From Mycobacterium tuberculosis H37Rv (lineage in GTDB: Bacteria > Actinomycetota > Actinomycetes > Mycobacteriales > Mycobacteriaceae): a DNA stretch of 32,000 nucleotides. The notes below the pieces were generated by a model. That model did no database searches. It worked only from the letters and a program-made list of their open reading frames with translations, and was not told where the DNA came from. Made by a program: the position numbers and the translations under genes. Location of the stretch: assembly GCF_000195955.2 (NCBI RefSeq), contig NC_000962.3, positions 1,890,001 through 1,922,000 on the forward strand, in the 5' to 3' direction. The stretch's first letter is position 1. Every line of letters starts with the position of its first letter. Positions 26,702-32,000 of the stretch are shown piece by piece.

Positions 26702-27759
26702 AAAGCATTGCGCAGGAACATGACTGTCTGCTGATTGACCTGGACGGGACGGTGTTTTGTGGCCGTCAGCCCACCGGCGGCGCGGTGCAGTCGTTGAGTC
26801 AGGTGCGCAGCCGCAAGCTGTTTGTCACCAACAACGCGTCGCGTAGCGCCGACGAGGTGGCGGCGCACTTGTGCGAGCTCGGCTTCACCGCAACCGGTGA
26901 GGACGTCGTCACCAGCGCTCAGAGCGCTGCCCACCTGCTGGCCGGCCAGCTGGCGCCGGGTGCGCGGGTGCTCATCGTCGGCACCGAGGCGTTGGCCAAC
27001 GAAGTCGCCGCGGTCGGATTGCGTCCGGTACGACGCTTTGAGGATCGACCCGACGCCGTCGTACAGGGCCTTTCAATGACCACCGGATGGTCCGACCTTG
27101 CCGAAGCCGCGCTGGCCATCCGGGCGGGCGCCCTGTGGGTGGCGGCCAACGTCGACCCCACCTTGCCCACCGAACGGGGCCTGCTGCCCGGCAACGGGTC
27201 CATGGTGGCTGCGCTGCGCACGGCCACCGGCATGGACCCCCGAGTGGCGGGCAAGCCCGCGCCCGCCTTGATGACCGAGGCGGTGGCCCGGGGCGACTTC
27301 CGGGCGGCACTGGTGGTCGGTGACCGGCTGGACACCGACATCGAGGGTGCCAACGCCGCGGGGTTGCCCAGCCTGATGGTGCTCACCGGGGTCAACAGCG
27401 CCTGGGATGCGGTGTACGCCGAACCCGTGCGCCGGCCCACCTACATTGGCCACGACCTGCGCTCGTTACACCAGGACAGCAAGCTGCTGGCGGTGGCACC
27501 GCAGCCGGGCTGGCAGATCGACGTCGGTGGTGGTGCGGTAACGGTCTGCGCGAACGGCGACGTCGACGATCTGGAATTTATCGACGACGGGCTATCCATC
27601 GTTCGGGCTGTGGCCAGCGCGGTATGGGAGGCGCGGGCCGCCGATCTTCACCAGCGGCCACTGCGCATCGAGGCCGGCGACGAGCGGGCCCGTGCGGCCT
27701 TGCAACGCTGGTCGTTGATGCGCAGCGATCATCCGGTGACTAGCGTAGGAACGCAATGA
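26698..27759 (+). CDS. HAD-superfamily phosphatase (NagD/glycerol-phosphate phosphatase-like)
   Basis: 'CLLIDLDGTVFCG', 'LFVTNNASRSADEVAAHL', 'VVGDRLDTDIEGANAAGLPSLMVLTG'. ATG 26698 overlaps the upstream stop. Confidence 0.93.
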   Translation: MKSIAQEHDCLLIDLDGTVFCGRQPTGGAVQSLSQVRSRKLFVTNNASRSADEVAAHLCELGFTATGEDVVTSAQSAAHLLAGQLAPGARVLIVGTEALANEVAAVGLRPVRRFEDRPDAVVQGLSMTTGWSDLAEAALAIRAGALWVAANVDPTLPTERGLLPGNGSMVAALRTATGMDPRVAGKPAPALMTEAVARGDFRAALVVGDRLDTDIEGANAAGLPSLMVLTGVNSAWDAVYAEPVRRPTYIGHDLRSLHQDSKLLAVAPQPGWQIDVGGGAVTVCANGDVDDLEFIDDGLSIVRAVASAVWEARAADLHQRPLRIEAGDERARAALQRWSLMRSDHPVTSVGTQ

Positions 27760-27932
27760 CCATCGATCCTGACCAGATCCGTGCCGAAATCGACGCCCTA
27801 CTTGCTTCGCTGCCCGACCCCGCCGACGCCGAGAACGGACCGTCTCTGGCCGAACTCGAAGGCATCGCACGTCGTCTTTCCGAGGCGCACGAGGTGTTGT
27901 TGGCCGCCCTGGAGTCGGCGGAGAAGGGTTGA
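27756..27932 (+). CDS. Small conserved hypothetical protein, 58 aa (Rv1693 equivalent)
   Basis: ATGA overlap with the upstream gene. 'MTIDPDQIRAEIDALLASLPDPADAENGPSLAELEGIARRLSEAHEVLLAALESAEKG' is highly helical. Confidence 0.85.
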   Translation: MTIDPDQIRAEIDALLASLPDPADAENGPSLAELEGIARRLSEAHEVLLAALESAEKG

Positions 27933-27939
27933 GTGCGGC

Positions 27940-28746
27940 GTGGCACGACGTGCCCGCGTTGACGCCGAGCTAGTCCGGCGGGGCCTGGCGCGATCACGTC
28001 AACAGGCCGCGGAGTTGATCGGCGCCGGCAAGGTGCGCATCGACGGGCTGCCGGCGGTCAAGCCGGCCACCGCCGTGTCCGACACCACCGCGCTGACCGT
28101 GGTGACCGACAGTGAACGCGCCTGGGTATCGCGCGGAGCGCACAAACTAGTCGGTGCGCTGGAGGCGTTCGCGATCGCGGTGGCGGGCCGGCGCTGTCTG
28201 GACGCGGGCGCATCGACCGGTGGGTTCACCGAAGTACTGCTGGACCGTGGTGCCGCCCACGTGGTGGCCGCCGATGTCGGATACGGCCAGCTGGCGTGGT
28301 CGCTGCGCAACGATCCTCGGGTGGTGGTCCTCGAGCGGACCAACGCACGTGGCCTCACACCGGAGGCGATCGGCGGTCGCGTCGACCTGGTAGTGGCCGA
28401 CCTGTCGTTCATCTCGTTGGCTACCGTGTTGCCCGCGCTGGTTGGATGCGCTTCGCGCGACGCCGATATCGTTCCACTGGTGAAGCCGCAGTTTGAGGTG
28501 GGGAAAGGTCAGGTCGGCCCCGGTGGGGTGGTCCATGACCCGCAGTTGCGTGCGCGGTCGGTGCTCGCGGTCGCGCGGCGGGCACAGGAGCTGGGCTGGC
28601 ACAGCGTCGGCGTCAAGGCCAGCCCGCTGCCGGGCCCATCGGGCAATGTCGAGTACTTCCTGTGGTTGCGCACGCAGACCGACCGGGCATTGTCGGCCAA
28701 GGGATTGGAGGATGCGGTGCACCGTGCGATTAGCGAGGGCCCGTAG
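27940..28746 (+). CDS. tlyA: 16S/23S rRNA 2'-O-methyltransferase / haemolysin TlyA
   Basis: GTG 27940; S4 domain '[24 protein letters not shown]' then '[33 protein letters not shown]'. Confidence 0.97.
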
Positions 28747-29669
28747 TGACCGCTCATCGCAGTGTTCTGCTGGTCGTCCACACCGGGCGCGACGAAGCCA
28801 CCGAGACCGCACGGCGCGTAGAAAAAGTATTGGGCGACAATAAAATTGCGCTTCGCGTGCTCTCGGCCGAAGCAGTCGACCGAGGGTCGTTGCATCTGGC
28901 TCCCGACGACATGCGGGCCATGGGCGTCGAGATCGAGGTGGTTGACGCGGACCAGCACGCAGCCGACGGCTGCGAACTGGTGCTGGTTTTGGGCGGCGAT
29001 GGCACCTTTTTGCGGGCAGCCGAGCTGGCCCGCAACGCCAGCATTCCGGTGTTGGGCGTCAATCTGGGCCGCATCGGCTTTTTGGCCGAGGCCGAGGCGG
29101 AGGCAATCGACGCGGTGCTCGAGCATGTTGTCGCACAGGATTACCGGGTGGAAGACCGCTTGACTCTGGATGTCGTGGTGCGCCAGGGCGGGCGCATCGT
29201 CAACCGGGGTTGGGCGCTCAACGAAGTCAGTCTGGAAAAGGGCCCGAGGCTCGGCGTGCTTGGGGTGGTCGTGGAAATTGACGGTCGGCCGGTGTCGGCG
29301 TTTGGCTGCGACGGGGTGTTGGTGTCCACGCCGACCGGATCAACCGCCTATGCATTCTCGGCGGGAGGCCCGGTGCTGTGGCCCGACCTCGAAGCGATCC
29401 TGGTGGTCCCCAACAACGCTCACGCGCTGTTTGGCCGGCCGATGGTCACCAGCCCCGAAGCCACCATCGCCATCGAAATAGAGGCCGACGGGCATGACGC
29501 CTTGGTGTTCTGCGACGGTCGCCGCGAAATGCTGATACCGGCCGGCAGCAGACTCGAGGTCACCCGCTGTGTCACGTCCGTCAAATGGGCACGGCTGGAC
29601 AGTGCGCCATTCACCGACCGGCTGGTGCGCAAGTTCCGGTTGCCGGTGACCGGTTGGCGCGGAAAGTAG
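28746..29669 (+). CDS. ppnK: NAD kinase
   Basis: '[15 protein letters not shown]', '[12 protein letters not shown]', '[21 protein letters not shown]'. GTG start overlaps the tlyA stop. Confidence 0.97.
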
Positions 29670-29682
29670 CGGCGCGCCGAAG

Positions 29683-31446
29683 GTGTTGACTGAATTACGG
29701 ATCGAGTCGCTGGGCGCCATCAGCGTTGCCACCGCTGAGTTCGATCGCGGCTTTACCGTGCTGACCGGGGAGACCGGCACCGGCAAGACCATGGTGGTGA
29801 CCGGGCTGCACCTACTTGGTGGTGCCCGGGCCGATGCAACTCGCGTTCGGTCCGGTGCTGACCGTGCCGTTGTCGAAGGGCGTTTTACTACAACCGATCT
29901 CGACGACGCGACCGTCGCGGGGCTGCAGGCGGTTCTCGACTCGTCGGGGGCCGAGCGCGACGAGGACGGCAGCGTGATCGCGTTGCGCTCGATCAGTCGC
30001 GATGGACCGTCGCGCGCCTACCTCGGCGGCCGCGGTGTACCCGCCAAATCGTTGAGCGGTTTCACGAACGAGCTGCTTACTCTGCACGGGCAGAACGACC
30101 AGCTGCGGTTGATGCGCCCGGACGAACAACGTGGTGCACTGGACCGCTTTGCGGCCGCTGGCGAAGCCGTCCAGCGTTACCGCAAGCTGCGGGATGCCTG
30201 GCTAACGGCCCGACGCGACCTCGTCGACCGTCGCAACCGGGCCCGGGAACTAGCGCAAGAGGCCGATCGGCTGAAATTCGCGCTCAACGAGATCGACACC
30301 GTCGACCCGCAGCCGGGGGAGGACGTGGCGTTGGTCGCCGACATCGCCCGGCTTTCCGAACTGGACACCCTGCGGGAGGCCGCGACTACTGCACGCGCGA
30401 CGTTGTGCGGGACACCAGACGCGGACGCATTCGACCGCGGCGCCGTCGACAGCCTCGGGCGGGCACGTGCGGCACTGCAATCGAGCGATGATGCCGCGTT
30501 GCGGGGGTTGGCCGAACAGGTCGGTGAGGCGTTGACGGTGGTCGTCGATGCGGTCGCCGAGCTCGGCGCCTACCTGGACGAGCTGCCCGCCGACGCCAGC
30601 GCGCTGGACGCCAAGCTGGCGCGCCAAGCCCAGCTGCGAACGTTAACCCGCAAGTACGCCGCCGACATCGATGGCGTGCTCCGGTGGGCGGATGAGGCGA
30701 GGGCAAGGCTGGCTCAACTCGACGTCTCCGAAGAAGGGCTGGCAGCGCTGGAACGCCGTACCGGTGAGCTCGCCCACGAATTAGGCCAAGCCGCAGTTGA
30801 TCTCAGCACGATCCGGCGGAAGGCGGCCAAGCGGCTGGCCAAGGAGGTCAGCGCGGAGCTGTCCGCCCTGGCGATGGCCGATGCCGAATTCACCATCGGT
30901 GTGACCACAGAGCTGGCCGACCACGGCGATCCCGTCGCCTTGGCCCTGGCGTCGGGCGAATTGGCCCGGGCCGGTGCCGATGGCGTCGATGCGGTCGAGT
31001 TCGGTTTCGTCGCACACCGGGGGATGACAGTGCTGCCGCTGGCCAAGAGCGCATCCGGCGGCGAACTGTCCCGGGTGATGTTGTCCCTGGAGGTGGTGCT
31101 GGCTACTTCGCGAAAACAAGCGGCTGGCACCACGATGGTGTTCGACGAGATCGACGCCGGCGTCGGCGGCTGGGCTGCGGTACAGATCGGGCGGCGGCTG
31201 GCGCGGTTGGCTCGCACCCACCAGGTCATCGTGGTCACCCATCTGCCGCAGGTCGCCGCCTATGCCGATGTGCACTTGATGGTGCAGCGCACCGGGCGCG
31301 ACGGTGCCAGCGGTGTGCGGCGCCTGACCAGCGAGGATCGGGTGGCCGAGCTGGCACGGATGCTGGCCGGGCTTGGTGATTCCGACAGTGGTCGCGCGCA
31401 CGCGCGGGAGTTACTCGAGACCGCGCAGAACGACGAGCTCACCTAG
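29683..31446 (+). CDS. recN: DNA repair protein RecN
   Basis: 'LTGETGTGKTMVVTGLHLLGG' and 'GELSRVMLSLEVVLATSRKQAAGTTMVFDEIDAGVGG'. Confidence 0.97.
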   Translation: MLTELRIESLGAISVATAEFDRGFTVLTGETGTGKTMVVTGLHLLGGARADATRVRSGADRAVVEGRFTTTDLDDATVAGLQAVLDSSGAERDEDGSVIALRSISRDGPSRAYLGGRGVPAKSLSGFTNELLTLHGQNDQLRLMRPDEQRGALDRFAAAGEAVQRYRKLRDAWLTARRDLVDRRNRARELAQEADRLKFALNEIDTVDPQPGEDVALVADIARLSELDTLREAATTARATLCGTPDADAFDRGAVDSLGRARAALQSSDDAALRGLAEQVGEALTVVVDAVAELGAYLDELPADASALDAKLARQAQLRTLTRKYAADIDGVLRWADEARARLAQLDVSEEGLAALERRTGELAHELGQAAVDLSTIRRKAAKRLAKEVSAELSALAMADAEFTIGVTTELADHGDPVALALASGELARAGADGVDAVEFGFVAHRGMTVLPLAKSASGGELSRVMLSLEVVLATSRKQAAGTTMVFDEIDAGVGGWAAVQIGRRLARLARTHQVIVVTHLPQVAAYADVHLMVQRTGRDGASGVRRLTSEDRVAELARMLAGLGDSDSGRAHARELLETAQNDELT

Positions 31447-31541
31447 CAAGGCTGTGACTGAAGTGATGTCATATAACTTGTGAGGCTAATGTTACGGCGC
31501 GCCTCCACGCACCTGCCCAGCTTCACCGCCAGAATCCCCCC

Positions 31542-32000
31542 ATGAGGATGTCAGCGCTTCTGTCCCGTAACACCTCCCGGCCGGGCCTGATCGGCATCGC
31601 CCGGGTCGACCGGAATATCGACCGATTGCTGCGTAGGGTCTGTCCCGGCGACATTGTGGTTCTCGACGTCCTGGATCTGGACCGCATCACCGCCGATGCA
31701 CTGGTGGAAGCGGAGATCGCCGCCGTGGTAAACGCATCGTCGTCTGTCTCGGGCCGCTATCCGAACCTCGGTCCAGAGGTGTTGGTCACCAACGGTGTCA
31801 CGCTGATCGACGAGACCGGACCGGAGATTTTCAAAAAGGTCAAAGACGGTGCCAAGGTTCGCTTGTATGAAGGCGGGGTGTACGCCGGCGACCGCCGGCT
31901 GATCCGCGGTACCGAGCGTACGGATCATGACATCGCCGACCTGATGCGGGAGGCCAAGAGCGGGTTGGTCGCCCACTTGGAGGCGTTCGCCGGCAACACA
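31542..32000 (+). CDS. SteA-like putative cytokinetic/septation membrane protein (Rv1697), 3' truncated by window end
   Basis: 'GLIGIARVDRNIDRLLRRVCPGDIVVLDVLDLDRITADALVEAEIAAVVNASSSVSGRYPNLGPEVLVTNGVTLID' resembles actinobacterial SteA. Confidence 0.88.
   Translation, partial: MRMSALLSRNTSRPGLIGIARVDRNIDRLLRRVCPGDIVVLDVLDLDRITADALVEAEIAAVVNASSSVSGRYPNLGPEVLVTNGVTLIDETGPEIFKKVKDGAKVRLYEGGVYAGDRRLIRGTERTDHDIADLMREAKSGLVAHLEAFAGNT

Noticed and set aside
27087-27453. Overlapping ORFs on both strands within the HAD phosphatase gene
   Set aside because: They lie inside a gene with complete HAD motifs and have no independent start or RBS evidence.

Overview
This 32 kb window is a chromosomal segment of a Mycobacterium tuberculosis complex genome. 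From gene order and start/stop positions it appears co-linear with H37Rv from about 1,890,001; that offset is from memory and should be checked by alignment. It covers roughly Rv1664 (pks9, 3' end) to Rv1697 (5' end). It is gene-dense and GC-rich. Contents in order: end of a modular type I PKS, a type III PKS (pks11), a P450 (cyp139), a split ABC-F ATPase next to a 57-bp VNTR, a DUF427/MerT-like/MFS/transglutaminase/ArsR-rhodanese group, cmr, a thiol/sulfur-flavoured run (peroxiredoxin-like, dsbF, DoxX-like, fadE16, PhnD-like, moeX), a DivIVA-like coiled-coil protein, a 56-bp tandem repeat, the fused hydrolase/acyl-CoA-ligase-like Rv1683, a TetR + ABC exporter module, mpg, tyrS, an intergenic small RNA, lprJ, and the Rv1691-tlyA-nadK-recN-steA-like run. 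I saw no tRNA, rRNA, CRISPR array, IS element or prophage. The observations most worth follow-up are: two strong adjacent hairpins with C-rich loops on the minus strand between tyrS and lprJ (very likely the known sRNA G2/ncRv11689c, with 6C-RNA-like architecture); the Rv1676-Rv1681 cluster as a possible uncharacterised sulfur/thiol redox or radical-SAM pathway; a shared core between two otherwise separate tandem repeats; a frameshifted ABC-F gene; a possible unannotated membrane-protein remnant at 10101-10247; and several likely start-codon or domain-level re-annotations.
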